A stretch of 64,000 bases of DNA, taken from assembly GCA_024762335.1 (NCBI GenBank), contig JANTHO010000002.1, forward strand, positions 5,766 through 69,765, written 5' to 3'. A program made the position numbers and the translations under genes. This DNA comes from Acidimicrobiia bacterium (lineage in GTDB: Bacteria; Actinomycetota; Acidimicrobiia; Spongiisociales; UBA5794). Positions 42,124 through 51,606 of this stretch are shown here, piece by piece (within the stretch, counting starts at the first letter, position 1; the number at the start of each line of letters is the position of its first letter). The notes under the pieces were generated by a model. That model was not told where the DNA came from, did no database searches, and saw only the letters and a program-made list of their open reading frames with translations.

Positions 42124-43440
42124 ATGGACCTTCGTGACCTCCCATCGGTCGACGCCCTGGCACTCGACCTTGCAGAAGAGTTCACCGCACCCCGCGTCCT
42201 GCTCAACGCGGTGGCGCGGGATGCGATCGAGGACGCCCGGACGTCCCTGCGCTCCGGGCGGCTGGCAGATCCCACACACGAAGCGTTCCGACGCATGTCC
42301 GCACTGGACTCTGCCCGTCTCCGCAACGTCGTCAACGCCACAGGGGTGCTCCTCCACACCAACCTCGGACGGGCCCCGCTCGTGGCAGCACCGGTGCCGC
42401 TCTACGGCAACCTCGAGTTCGATCTCCGAACGGGTGAGCGAGGCAAACGGGGCGGGTATCTGAGAGAACTCGTCGCGGCGACCGTGGGAGCCGAGGCGGC
42501 GCTCGTCGTGAACAACAACGCGGGCGCACTGCTCCTGGCACTCGCGGCCATCGCCGGCCGTGACGGCAGGGTCGCCGTCTCCCGCGGCGAATTGATCGAG
42601 ATCGGAGGATCGTTCCGACTTCCGGATCTGATGGCCGCGTCCGGGGCTCACCTCGTCGAGGTCGGGACGACGAACCGGACCCGCGAGTCCGACTATCTCC
42701 AAGCCCCGGGGACGATCGAAGCCGTCCTCAAGGTTCACCCGTCGAACTACCGGGTCGAGGGATTCACCGAGGAGGTTCCGTTTGCGCGAATGCCGGCTGT
42801 GGCCGCGGCCGTCGGGGCGCCATGCATCGCCGACGTCGGCAGCGGCCTCATCGATGTCGACACCCCGTGGATCGCCGACGGCCCGCCCTCCTGGCTCGCA
42901 GGCGAGCCGGGCGTCCGGCAGACCCTCTCCCAAGGAGCGGACGTCGTTCTCTTCTCTGGCGACAAACTCCTCGGAGGTCCGCAGGCGGGCATCGCCGTCG
43001 GCAACCGGGACATGATCGACCGCATGGCACGCCACCCGATCGCGAGAGCGGTCCGGATCAACACTCCGACGATCATCGATCTCACGGACACGTTCGAGGC
43101 GTACGCCGAGAACCGGGCATCGTCGCTCCCGTTCTGGATGATGGCGACCGCTCCCCCGGGCGAGATCGAACGACGCACCAGAGCCGTGATCGACGCTTCG
43201 GGTGTCACCGGTTCGATCGTCGAAGGCCGTTCGCTCCCGGGAGCCGGATCGGTACCGGGGCTGACGATTCCAACACCCGTCCTTCGCATCGAAGGAGCCG
43301 GCGAGCGGGTGTGGACGACCCTCGCGGCGCACGATCCACCCGTTCTCGCGACGCGTCGCGACGGAGGGACGATCGTGAACCTGCGATCCGTCCTCCCGGG
43401 AGACGACGCCGTCGTCGCGTCCGCACTCGCGGGGGTCTGA
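42124..43440 (+). CDS. selA: L-seryl-tRNA(Sec) selenium transferase
   Basis: SelA motifs: RNVVNATGVLLHTNLGRAPL, PLP-lysine region FSGDKLLGGPQAG, and EIGGSFRLPD. Confidence 0.85.
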   Translation: MDLRDLPSVDALALDLAEEFTAPRVLLNAVARDAIEDARTSLRSGRLADPTHEAFRRMSALDSARLRNVVNATGVLLHTNLGRAPLVAAPVPLYGNLEFDLRTGERGKRGGYLRELVAATVGAEAALVVNNNAGALLLALAAIAGRDGRVAVSRGELIEIGGSFRLPDLMAASGAHLVEVGTTNRTRESDYLQAPGTIEAVLKVHPSNYRVEGFTEEVPFARMPAVAAAVGAPCIADVGSGLIDVDTPWIADGPPSWLAGEPGVRQTLSQGADVVLFSGDKLLGGPQAGIAVGNRDMIDRMARHPIARAVRINTPTIIDLTDTFEAYAENRASSLPFWMMATAPPGEIERRTRAVIDASGVTGSIVEGRSLPGAGSVPGLTIPTPVLRIEGAGERVWTTLAAHDPPVLATRRDGGTIVNLRSVLPGDDAVVASALAGV

Positions 43441-45248
43441 TGCCGATCATCGGAACCGCAGGGCACGTCGATCATGGAAAGTCCACCCTGGTTCAGGCAC
43501 TCACCGGACGCGACCCGGATCGTTGGGCGGAGGAGAAGGACCGGGGGCTGACCATCGACCTCGGGTTCGCTTGGGCCGACCTCGCCGATACGGCGGTCGG
43601 GTTCGTCGACGTTCCCGGCCATGAACGGTTCATCAAGAACATGCTCGCCGGTGTCGGCGGTTTCGACGTTGCCCTGTTCGTTGTCGCAGCCGACGAGGGC
43701 TGGATGCCCCAGTCGGAAGAGCATCTCGCCATTCTCGATCTGCTCGACGTGCGCCACGGTGTCATCGCTCTCACGCGAGTCGATCTCGCCGATCCCGACC
43801 TCATCGAGCTCTCGACCGCCGAGGTCGTCGAGCACGTGGAGGGGACGGTTGCCGCATCGTGGCCCATCGTCGAAGTATCGCCTCCGACCGGTGAGGGCAT
43901 GGACCGGATCGTCGCTGCGCTGAACGCGGCACTCGACACCGCCGGTCCCACGGCAAATCTCGGTCGCCCCCACATGTGGGTCGATCGGGCGTTCACGATC
44001 TCCGGTGCCGGTGTCGTGGTGACCGGTACGCTCACCGGCGGCTCGATCTCCATCGGGGACCGCATGGAGTGTTACCCGGGTGGAGAGGTTCGGATCAGGG
44101 GACTTCAATCTCATGAGATTCCGCGCGACACCATCGGGCCGGGATCGCGTGTCGCGGCGAACATCGTCGGAATCGACCGCGGAAACGTCGGACGCGGCAC
44201 GTTGATGGCGCTGCCCGGCTCTGCCGGCATGACCAAACGATTCCTTGCCCTCTTGCACCGGCCACCTCGCACCGATGCCGAGATCACGGACCGTGGTGCC
44301 TATCACGTGCATCTGGGAACCGCAACGGTCCCCGCCCGGATCAGGGTCCTCGATGAGGGTGACGAGCCCGGCGTAATCGTGACGACCAACGCCCCCGTTC
44401 CGGTGACGATGGGGGATCGATTCATCCTCCGTGACACCGGTCCGAAGGAAGTCGTCGGAGGCGGGGTCGTGCTCGATCCGTCGCCGGTCCGCCGCCCCAC
44501 CGAGCAACACATCACCGAATTGTCTCAGGCGATCGCGCTCGATCCGGTAGGACGTGCCGATGCCCTCGTGGCCGTTCACGGCGAGATCGACGCCGACGAA
44601 GTGAGCCGGTCCAGCGGCGGCGGCACGCCTTCCGTCGCGATCTCTGCAGGGACGAGGTTCTACTCACCCGGGGCGTTCTCCATGCGCGGAGACGCCCTGC
44701 TCGACGCCGTCAACGACTACCACGAACGATTCCCACTCCGACCCGGTCTTCCCCGTTCGGAAGCAGCGTCCCGACTCGGGGCGGATGCGGATCTCGTTGC
44801 TGCACTCGTTGCCGCCGAACCCGGCCTCGTGGAGGAAGGCCCGATCCTTCGCCGTGTCGAGTTCGTCCCCGCGCTGAGCGAGGCCGACGAGGAGATCTGG
44901 AAACGGGATCGAGCGGTACTCGGCGCCAGCCTCGCCGTTCCCCGAGTTTCCGATCTCTCCATCTCCGACGAGGTTCTCCATGCGCTCATCAGGCGGGGCG
45001 ATCTCGTCCGGGTCGCAAACGACCTCGTGTTCCTCCCGGAGCAGATGGCTGAAATCAAGGACCGGCTCGGGGCGCTTCCCGACGAGTTCACGGTGGCGAT
45101 GTTCCGCGACGGTCTCGGCGTTTCACGACGTCAGGCCGTCCCCCTCCTCGAGTGGCTCGACGCTGCGGGTTGGACGCGTCGCCGGGGCGACGTGCGTTCG
45201 GTCAGATCCTCGAACGGGCCTTCTGCTGGCGACGCTCCGTCTCGGTGA
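43440..45248 (+). CDS. selB: selenocysteine-specific translation elongation factor
   Basis: GTP-binding N-terminus IIGTAGHVDHGKSTLVQALTG…DVPGHERF, followed by a long C-terminal extension with winged-helix-like domains. The ATG overlaps the selA stop (TGATG). Confidence 0.85.
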   Translation: MPIIGTAGHVDHGKSTLVQALTGRDPDRWAEEKDRGLTIDLGFAWADLADTAVGFVDVPGHERFIKNMLAGVGGFDVALFVVAADEGWMPQSEEHLAILDLLDVRHGVIALTRVDLADPDLIELSTAEVVEHVEGTVAASWPIVEVSPPTGEGMDRIVAALNAALDTAGPTANLGRPHMWVDRAFTISGAGVVVTGTLTGGSISIGDRMECYPGGEVRIRGLQSHEIPRDTIGPGSRVAANIVGIDRGNVGRGTLMALPGSAGMTKRFLALLHRPPRTDAEITDRGAYHVHLGTATVPARIRVLDEGDEPGVIVTTNAPVPVTMGDRFILRDTGPKEVVGGGVVLDPSPVRRPTEQHITELSQAIALDPVGRADALVAVHGEIDADEVSRSSGGGTPSVAISAGTRFYSPGAFSMRGDALLDAVNDYHERFPLRPGLPRSEAASRLGADADLVAALVAAEPGLVEEGPILRRVEFVPALSEADEEIWKRDRAVLGASLAVPRVSDLSISDEVLHALIRRGDLVRVANDLVFLPEQMAEIKDRLGALPDEFTVAMFRDGLGVSRRQAVPLLEWLDAAGWTRRRGDVRSVRSSNGPSAGDAPSR

Positions 45249-45462
45249 GTCCGCCCCAGATCCCGTAGGGCTCCCGAATCGTCATGGCATAGGTGAGGCA
45301 TTCGGTTCCGACGGGGCAGCTCCGACAGATCGCTTTCGCCCTGACTTCTCTTCGTTCCCGCTCTTCCTTCCTCTCGGTCGTGCTCGGCGGGAAGAAAAGG
45401 TATGAGTGACTTCCGCTACACGAGGCAACCGGTTGCCAGGATCGATCGAGCGCCATCACCAT
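45202..45462 (-). CDS. WhiB family transcriptional regulator (Fe-S)
   Basis: 86 aa starting at the ATG at 45462, preceded by GGAGG with a 5-nt spacer. Four Cys (C…CRSCPV…EC) and the EPYGIWGGLTETERR signature. Convergent with the selB 3' end, overlapping it by 47 nt. Confidence 0.75.
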   Translation of the reverse strand: MVMALDRSWQPVASCSGSHSYLFFPPSTTERKEERERREVRAKAICRSCPVGTECLTYAMTIREPYGIWGGLTETERRQQKARSRI

Positions 45463-45681
45463 TACTGCCTCCAACTCGTCAGATTTCCAAGCCGGTGAGA
45501 ATGTAGAGTCCTGCGCTCCGGATTACCAGGAAAATTATGGCATCACCACGGGGTTTTTTTCCGTTTGTTTTCGCGACCTCACGGGGTCTCCGAAGCGCCG
45601 TTCAGTCGGACATCACGGACGGCCCCGATATCGAACCGTTCGGCGACTCCAGACATCGGCCCACCGACTACCCTTCCGCTC

Positions 45682-46038
45682 ATGTCACGCGTACTGATCG
45701 TCGCCGATGAACCGTGGGTGGTGAACGAAGTTCACGCCGCGCTCAGCATCGGGGACAACGAACTCATCGACCATCCCGATCCGGCTACGGTCGCGGACGC
45801 AGTCCTCGCAGAAGACTTCGACGTTGCCGTTGTCGATCTCCAGGTTGCGTCGATGGGTGGGATCGCCGTGACCCACTCCATTCGCAACACGGAGGCATCC
45901 GTGCCGGTCGTCCTTCTCCTCGACCGCGAGGCTGATACGTTCCTCGCAGGCCGGGCCGGAGCGAGCGCGTGGGTGACGAAGCCGTTCTCAGCCTCGGCGC
46001 TCCGGGCGGCAATCGCGGACGTCACCGGAGCGGTGTGA
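45682..46038 (+). CDS. response regulator receiver-domain protein (standalone REC)
   Basis: MSRVLIVADEPWVVNEVHAALS…VVDLQV…, CheY-like. No output domain. Confidence 0.6.
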   Translation: MSRVLIVADEPWVVNEVHAALSIGDNELIDHPDPATVADAVLAEDFDVAVVDLQVASMGGIAVTHSIRNTEASVPVVLLLDREADTFLAGRAGASAWVTKPFSASALRAAIADVTGAV

Positions 46039-46084
46039 CGGACCGTTCGGAACCTCCGAGTACATGGGCCGCCGGTGAGCGGCC

Positions 46085-47332
46085 ATGACGTATGCGTATG
46101 TGATCTACATCGCCATCCTCGCCGCCTGCACGGTCGCTTCCGGGTTCTTCTCCGGCTCCGAAACGGCCCTCATCGGAATCTCGAAGGAACGGGTTCATCG
46201 GCTCGCCGCCGAGAACAAGCGCGGCCGTCGCGTCGAGCAACTCGTCGCAGATCCGGAGCGGATGCTGTCGACACTCCTCGTCGCAAACAACATCGTCAAC
46301 GTGCTGGCCGCCGCCGTCGCCACCACACTGTTCATCAGCCTCGTCGGAGAACAGTGGGGACCGTGGCTCGCAACGCTCGTCGTCACCGCGGTGATCCTCG
46401 TCTTCGGTGAGATCACCCCCAAGACGCTCGCCACCCGGTACCCGGAACGTTTCGCCCTGTCCGTGGCTCCTGCCATCTGGCAGCTCTCCCGGTTCCTCGC
46501 ACCCGTCGCGACGTTCTTCCGTTCGATCACGAGAGGGCTCCTCCGGCTGTTCCGTGTTCCGGTCGAGGGTGACTCGACGGCCGTGACCGATGCCGACATT
46601 CGTGCGCTCGCCGAACTCGGCCACCGTGACGGGCAGATCGAGAGGGTGGAACGGGAGATCATCGACGCCCTCTTCGATCTCGCCGACCGACCCGTGCGCG
46701 ACGTCATGACACCGCGGGTCGACATCGTGGCGCTCACCGATCCCGTGTCGCTGGACGACGTCAGAATGGCCGTCGCCGCAACCGGCCATTCCCGGTACCC
46801 GGTGACGCGCGGAGATCTCGACGATCTCGTTGGGATGCTCTTCGTCAAGGATCTCCTCCAGCGCTCCGGAGAGGCAACCCCGGAGGACATTGCGGCGCTC
46901 GTCCACCACCCGGAGTACATCCCCGAGACCGCAACGATCCTCGATGCGCTCACGGAGATGCGCCAGCGCAAGTATGCGATCGCCTGCGTCGTCGACGAGC
47001 ACGGCGGCATTGAAGGTGTGATCACGGCAAAGGATCTCCTCTCCGAACTCGTCGGGGAGATCCAGGATGAGTACGACCCGGGAGTCCCCTCCGTCGTTCG
47101 CATCGGGCCGCGCCGGTGGATCGCCGAGGGCCGTGTTCCCATCGAGGACCTCGAGGCCGAAATCGAACAGGATCTGCCGGAGGGCCCCTACAGCACCGTC
47201 GCCGGTCTCTTCATGGCCGAGGCGGGTCGCGTGCCGGCCGTCGGCGACGTCACCGACATCGGGTCAATCCGGTTGACGGTGCTCGAGATGGATCGGAATC
47301 GGATCGATCGAATCGAAGTTCTGCTGGCGTAG
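46085..47332 (+). CDS. CNNM/CorC-family transporter (DUF21-CBS pair-CorC_HlyC), 'hemolysin family protein'
   Basis: N-terminal TM/DUF21 region (FFSGSETALIG), CBS pairs, and a C-terminal CorC/HlyC domain (…DEHGGIEGVITAKDLL…IRLTVLEMDRNRIDRIEV). Confidence 0.85.
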   Translation: MTYAYVIYIAILAACTVASGFFSGSETALIGISKERVHRLAAENKRGRRVEQLVADPERMLSTLLVANNIVNVLAAAVATTLFISLVGEQWGPWLATLVVTAVILVFGEITPKTLATRYPERFALSVAPAIWQLSRFLAPVATFFRSITRGLLRLFRVPVEGDSTAVTDADIRALAELGHRDGQIERVEREIIDALFDLADRPVRDVMTPRVDIVALTDPVSLDDVRMAVAATGHSRYPVTRGDLDDLVGMLFVKDLLQRSGEATPEDIAALVHHPEYIPETATILDALTEMRQRKYAIACVVDEHGGIEGVITAKDLLSELVGEIQDEYDPGVPSVVRIGPRRWIAEGRVPIEDLEAEIEQDLPEGPYSTVAGLFMAEAGRVPAVGDVTDIGSIRLTVLEMDRNRIDRIEVLLA

Positions 47333-47369
47333 GACGCCAGAGTCGAAACGGGGGTACAATCTTCGCATT

Positions 47370-47443
47370 CGGGACGTGGCGCAGCTTGGTAGCGCGCATC
47401 GTTCGGGACGATGAGGTCGCCGGTTCAAATCCGGCCGTCCCGA
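47370..47443 (+). tRNA. tRNA-Pro (anticodon CGG)
   Basis: Acceptor CGGGACG/CGTCCCG; anticodon stem CATCG/CGATG with loop TTCGGGA; T-arm GCCGGTTCAAATCCGGC; discriminator A. CCA is not encoded. Confidence 0.85.
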
Positions 47444-48112
47444 CTCATAGGAACCCCGCCCCCGGGCGGGGTTCCGTCATTCCAGGTGCAAGGGACACAG
47501 CGGATAGGGAACCGGAGGCAACTCTCCATATTCCCCCGGCGGCCCTTTCCGTCATTCTCCCCCACCGCCGAGCCTGAATCCACGGTTTCTCTGAGGCACC
47601 GGACCGCCTTCCATTCTCCCCCACCGCCGAGGTGGGGGAGATGCCCGCAGGGCAGAGGGGGCATCTCGGAGGCAGAAGAGCCATACCGAGACCGAATGCA
47701 GCTACGGGTCCCGCGGGAAGCCCCCTCTGCGATCGAGCAACAGCTCGATCGCGTCTCCCCCACTGCGCCTGAATCCATGGTCTCTCGTGGGGTGTGTGGC
47801 TGAGATGCCTTGTCGTACCTGCGATATCTGCGACTGCAGCGCTGCACGAACTGGGTGAATTCGGCGGCCACCTTGCATGCCACTCTTCCTCCCCCTCAGG
47901 GGGAGGAAGGGGACGGCTTGGTGGAATGGAGATTCGCGTTCCTCTCTCCGTCGCGAGGAACCGTGGATTCAGGCTGGCGTGGTGGAGACGAAGAACCATC
48001 CACACCCTCACCTCTTCTGTGAACCCCGACATCGACTGAAACGTCGGCCGGGACAGGGATTCCGTTCATCGGCCGGCGTGGAGCGATTCCGTCAGGTTCC
48101 GCCCCCCGGCAC
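47444..48112. repeat. non-coding repeat island B, immediately 3' of tRNA-Pro; hairpin-rich modular repeats homologous to island A
   Basis: It begins with the hairpin GAACCCCGCC-cccg-GGCGGGGTTC (47451-47474). It contains three copies of the GGATTCAGGC module, at about 47568, 47750 (reverse complement) and 47963. There is an 11-bp-stem hairpin TCTCCCCCACC-gccga-GGTGGGGGAGA (47615-47641) followed by GAGATGCC…GGCATCTC. There is a 12-bp palindrome CTTCCTCCCCCT-ca-AGGGGGAGGAAG (47885-47910). The track shows ORFs in every frame and both strands, all Arg/Gly/Pro-rich. Confidence 0.7.
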
Positions 48113-48144
48113 GTGAGCCTGTATCCCGGCCTACCCGGCACGAG

Positions 48145-48312
48145 ATCAACCGCCCTGCATGAAGTTGCGGCGGATGCGCTGTTCGGTGATCTCGGTCATC
48201 ATCTCGTCCTCGTGATCACGCCACTCGGACTGACGGCGAGAGTCGAGGGGGCGCCATGCTGCAAACGCGAGAACTGCAACGACGATCACCGATCCGACGA
48301 TGAATCCCAGCA
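48145..48312 (-). CDS. possible small membrane protein (55 aa, one TM), not in ORF track
   Basis: Manual translation: MLGFIVGSVIVVAVLAFAAWRPLDSRRQSEWRDHEDEMMTEITEQRIRRNFMQGG. GC3 is high and a GGGGG run sits 4 nt upstream of the ATG. The antisense track ORF 48113-48346 is the alternative reading. Confidence 0.35.
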
Positions 48313-48367
48313 TCTCGCCCCCGTTGGTGTCCTGAGGCGAGCGTAGTCCGCTGGACGACGGCGGTCG

Positions 48368-49402
48368 CTACCGATCGAGGAGGAGTTCGGCCAGTTGCAC
48401 CGTGTTCAGTGCCGCACCCTTGCGGAGGTTGTCGCCGACGGCCCAGAGGCTGATGCCGCCCGGATCACCGATCGTCTCGCGGATGCGTCCGACGAGCACA
48501 TCGTCGATCCCTGCGGAGTCGAGCGGCGTCGGGACATGATCGTCCGGCCACACCTGTGCCCCCGGAGCGTCGGCCAGGATCTCCTTCGCCTCCTGCCCGC
48601 TCATCGGGCGGTCGAAGAACATCGTCGCCGCGATGCCGTGACCGACCATGGTCGGGACACGCACACACGTCGGTTCGACCCGGATGTTCGGAGCGTCGAG
48701 GATCTTCCGCGTCTCGTGAACGAGTTTCCACTCCTCGTCGGTGTGCCCGGCCTCGGTGATCGCACCGGCCATCGGCAATACGTTGTATCCGATGGGCCGC
48801 TGGTAGAGATCGCCGCCGGGATCCTTCCAAACCCCGTGCTGCAATGCGTCACGATCGGTTCCCAGTTCGGCGATCTGGCGTTCGAGCGTATCCATGCCCT
48901 GCTGTCCAGACCCGGATGTGGCCTGGTACGACATGGCGACCATCCGGTCGATGCCTGCGGCCCGATGCAACGGTGCGATGGCCATCATCAGCGCCATCGT
49001 GGTGCAGTTGGGGTTGGCGATGATTCCCTTGTGGGATTCGATCGCCTCGTCGTTGACCTGGGCCACGACGAGCGGAACGTCCGGATCCCGCCGGAATGCC
49101 GACGAGTTGTCGATCACCGCAGCCCCCGCCTCGACGAACCGCGGGGCGTACTCCCTGGAGCGCCCGCCGCCCGCCGAGAAGATGGCGATGTCGATACCGG
49201 CCGGATCCGCTTCGGCCAGGTTCTCGATCGTGACCGAACCCCACGGCGTGTCGACAACACTTCCCGCGGATCGCTCGGATGCGAGAAGACGGAGGTGTTC
49301 GACGGGGAAGTCGCGTTCGGCGAGGATCGACTGGATCGTGCGTCCGACCGCGCCGGTTGCGCCTACGACTCCGACGGTGGGTTGAGCAATCTTCTTCATC
49401 AT
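48368..49402 (-). CDS. asd: aspartate-semialdehyde dehydrogenase
   Basis: Start at the ATG at 49402 ([20 protein letters not shown]…), overlapping the lysC stop (ATGA). Catalytic NPNCTTM motif. The 508-aa track ORF is an upstream run-through. Confidence 0.9.
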   Translation of the reverse strand: MMKKIAQPTVGVVGATGAVGRTIQSILAERDFPVEHLRLLASERSAGSVVDTPWGSVTIENLAEADPAGIDIAIFSAGGGRSREYAPRFVEAGAAVIDNSSAFRRDPDVPLVVAQVNDEAIESHKGIIANPNCTTMALMMAIAPLHRAAGIDRMVAMSYQATSGSGQQGMDTLERQIAELGTDRDALQHGVWKDPGGDLYQRPIGYNVLPMAGAITEAGHTDEEWKLVHETRKILDAPNIRVEPTCVRVPTMVGHGIAATMFFDRPMSGQEAKEILADAPGAQVWPDDHVPTPLDSAGIDDVLVGRIRETIGDPGGISLWAVGDNLRKGAALNTVQLAELLLDR

Positions 49403-50610
49403 TTCTCTCCGATCAGGCTCGCGTGGAGTGCCTCGACCGCGGCCTGGGTGTCGTCGCCACGCACGATGCAGCTGATGCGGATCGTGGAAGTCGAGATCAT
49501 CTCGATGTTCACTCCCGACTCGGACAGGATGCGGAACATCGTTGCCGCCACCCCGGACTCCGCCTTCATACCGGCGCCGACGACGCTGATCTTCGTGATG
49601 TCCGTGTCGAGATCGACACCGACCGCGCCGATCTCGTCGGCGATCCGCTCCGCTACGGCAACAGCCTCGAGCGCCGAGGCGGCCGGCACGGTGAACGAGA
49701 TATCGGTGACGCCGCGACTCGACACGTTCTGAACGATCATATCGACGTTGATGCCTGCGGAGGCCATCGGTTCGAAGACGGCGGCGGCGATGCCCGGCTG
49801 ATCCGGCACGCCGTACACGGTCAGTTTCGCTTCGGAGTCGTCGTGGGCGATGCCACGGATGACCGGTTCTTCCATCGTCTCCTCCTTGACCCACGTGCCT
49901 TCGCCGCCGTGGAACGACGACCGGACGTGGATGGGAATGTTGTAGCGGATGCCGAATTCGACACTCCTCGGCATGAGCACGCCGGCACCGGAGTTCGCCA
50001 GTTCCAGCATCTCTTCGAACGTCACCTCGTCGAGTTTGACGGCCGTGGGTACGACCCGGGGGTCGGCAGTGAAGACACCGTCGACGTCGGTGTAGATCTC
50101 GCAGAGGTCGGCTTCGAGCGATGCGGCGAGTGCCACGGCGGTGGCGTCCGATCCGCCGCGACCGAGTGTCGTCACGTCCTTCGAGTCGGGGCTGACGCCC
50201 TGGAATCCGGCGACGATTGCGACCTTTCCCTCATCCAGGCTCTCCCGGACACGGAATGCCCGGATGTCGAGGATCTCGGCCCGTCCATGGTCGGCGGTGG
50301 TGAGGATCCCGGCCTGAGATCCGGTGAAGCTGACGGCGGGGACGTCCTCTGCGCGGATCGCCATCGCTACGAGCGCCATCGAGATTCGTTCACCCGCCGT
50401 GAGCAGCATGTCCATCTCGCGGGGATGGGGAACCTCGGCGATCTCCGTTGCGAGAGAGATGAGAGCGTCGGTGGACTTGCCCATTGCCGACACGACCACG
50501 ACGACGTCGTTGCCCGCGCGGTAGGTTTCGACGACCCGATGGGCGACCCTGCGGATGCGGTCGGCGTCGGCGAGCGAGGTGCCTCCGAACTTCTGAACGA
50601 CGAGTGCCAT
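49399..50610 (-). CDS. lysC: aspartate kinase
   Basis: Start at the ATG at 50610 ([23 protein letters not shown]…), the canonical actinobacterial Ask N-terminus. ACT domains at the C-terminus. Confidence 0.9.
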   Translation of the reverse strand: MALVVQKFGGTSLADADRIRRVAHRVVETYRAGNDVVVVVSAMGKSTDALISLATEIAEVPHPREMDMLLTAGERISMALVAMAIRAEDVPAVSFTGSQAGILTTADHGRAEILDIRAFRVRESLDEGKVAIVAGFQGVSPDSKDVTTLGRGGSDATAVALAASLEADLCEIYTDVDGVFTADPRVVPTAVKLDEVTFEEMLELANSGAGVLMPRSVEFGIRYNIPIHVRSSFHGGEGTWVKEETMEEPVIRGIAHDDSEAKLTVYGVPDQPGIAAAVFEPMASAGINVDMIVQNVSSRGVTDISFTVPAASALEAVAVAERIADEIGAVGVDLDTDITKISVVGAGMKAESGVAATMFRILSESGVNIEMISTSTIRISCIVRGDDTQAAVEALHASLIGEK

Positions 50611-50672
50611 GTGGGGAGAAGTGTAGGGGGTGGCGGCGCCGGTACCGGTACGTTGGGAATAGCCTTTCGGGC

Positions 50673-51386
50673 ATGACACGCCTCTCCTTGTTCGCCGCGC
50701 TCGTGGCTACCGCACTCGTCCTCGCCGCATGTGGAGGAAGCACGTCGACGACCACGACGCAGGCCGAGATCCCCCTCGAAGTGGTCCCCCGCACCTACGA
50801 GCAGTTCCGGGCCCAGCCGACCGCATGTGGCGCCGAAGCCCCCGCCCCCGTCACCGAGATGCAGTTCGACGGCCCGGGTGACGAGTCGATCGACCCGACC
50901 ACTCCGAATCTCGCCGTCATCTCCACTTCCTGCGGTGATCTCACCGTTGAACTCGATCCGTCGCTCGCCCCTGAAACCGTCACCTCGTTCATCTTCCTGG
51001 CCAGACAGGGTTACTTCGACGGCACCGTCTTCCACCGTGTCATCCCGGGATTCGTCGTCCAGGGCGGAGACCAGACGGCCACCGGTATCGGCGGCCCCGG
51101 CTACACGGTCCCCGACGAATACCCACCGGCGGGTGTTGGATACGATCGCGGCGTCCTGGCGATGGCGAACGCCGGGCCCGGCACGACCGGAAGCCAGTTC
51201 TTCATCGTTCTCGACGACGCGGAACTCCCCCCGCAGTTCACCATCTTCGGCCGCGTCACCGAAGGGTTCGACGTTCTCGACCTTCTCCAAGCAGTTCCCC
51301 TCGGCAAGGCTCCCGGGAGTCCCGATCCGGTTCCGAGCACCCCGCTCGAAACCATCTACGTGAACACCATCACGATCGACGCGTAG
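50673..51386 (+). CDS. peptidyl-prolyl cis-trans isomerase, cyclophilin type, lipoprotein
   Basis: Lipobox signal [22 protein letters not shown]. Cyclophilin core …[14 protein letters not shown]…GSQFFIV…. Confidence 0.85.
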   Translation: MTRLSLFAALVATALVLAACGGSTSTTTTQAEIPLEVVPRTYEQFRAQPTACGAEAPAPVTEMQFDGPGDESIDPTTPNLAVISTSCGDLTVELDPSLAPETVTSFIFLARQGYFDGTVFHRVIPGFVVQGGDQTATGIGGPGYTVPDEYPPAGVGYDRGVLAMANAGPGTTGSQFFIVLDDAELPPQFTIFGRVTEGFDVLDLLQAVPLGKAPGSPDPVPSTPLETIYVNTITIDA

Positions 51387-51428
51387 CGCCGCGAAGCGAA
51401 CCCCTCCGGCGTCCGGTAGCCTTCCCCC

Positions 51429-51599
51429 ATGGCAACGGACAAACGAGAACGACAGCGGGCTCTTCGAGCCGAGAAGAAGGCTGCAGAAGCCAAAGCCAAG
51501 CGGCGGCACGACACCCTGGCGATCGTCAAACGCTACGCCATGTATGCGGTGCTCATCGTGATCGCACTCCTCGTAATCACGTTCATCGGCAGCGGCTGA
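51429..51599 (+). CDS. possible small C-tail-anchored membrane protein (56 aa), not in ORF track
   Basis: Manual translation: MATDKRERQRALRAEKKAAEAKAKRRHDTLAIVKRYAMYAVLIVIALLVITFIGSG. No clear SD sequence. Confidence 0.3.
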   Translation: MATDKRERQRALRAEKKAAEAKAKRRHDTLAIVKRYAMYAVLIVIALLVITFIGSG

Positions 51600-51606
51600 G
51601 TTCGCC

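Noticed and set aside
42822-45248. 808-aa version of the selB ORF starting at 42822
   Set aside because: The N-terminal 206 aa overlap selA in another frame and are Arg-rich junk. The real SelB start is the ATG at 43440 (MPIIGTAGHVDHGKST), coupled to the selA stop.
50639-50648. 10-bp perfect palindrome CCGGTACCGG in the 62-bp lysC/ppiB divergent spacer
   Set aside because: It is short and GC-rich. Such palindromes are frequent in a 68% GC genome. Noted only as a possible operator, with no supporting second copy.
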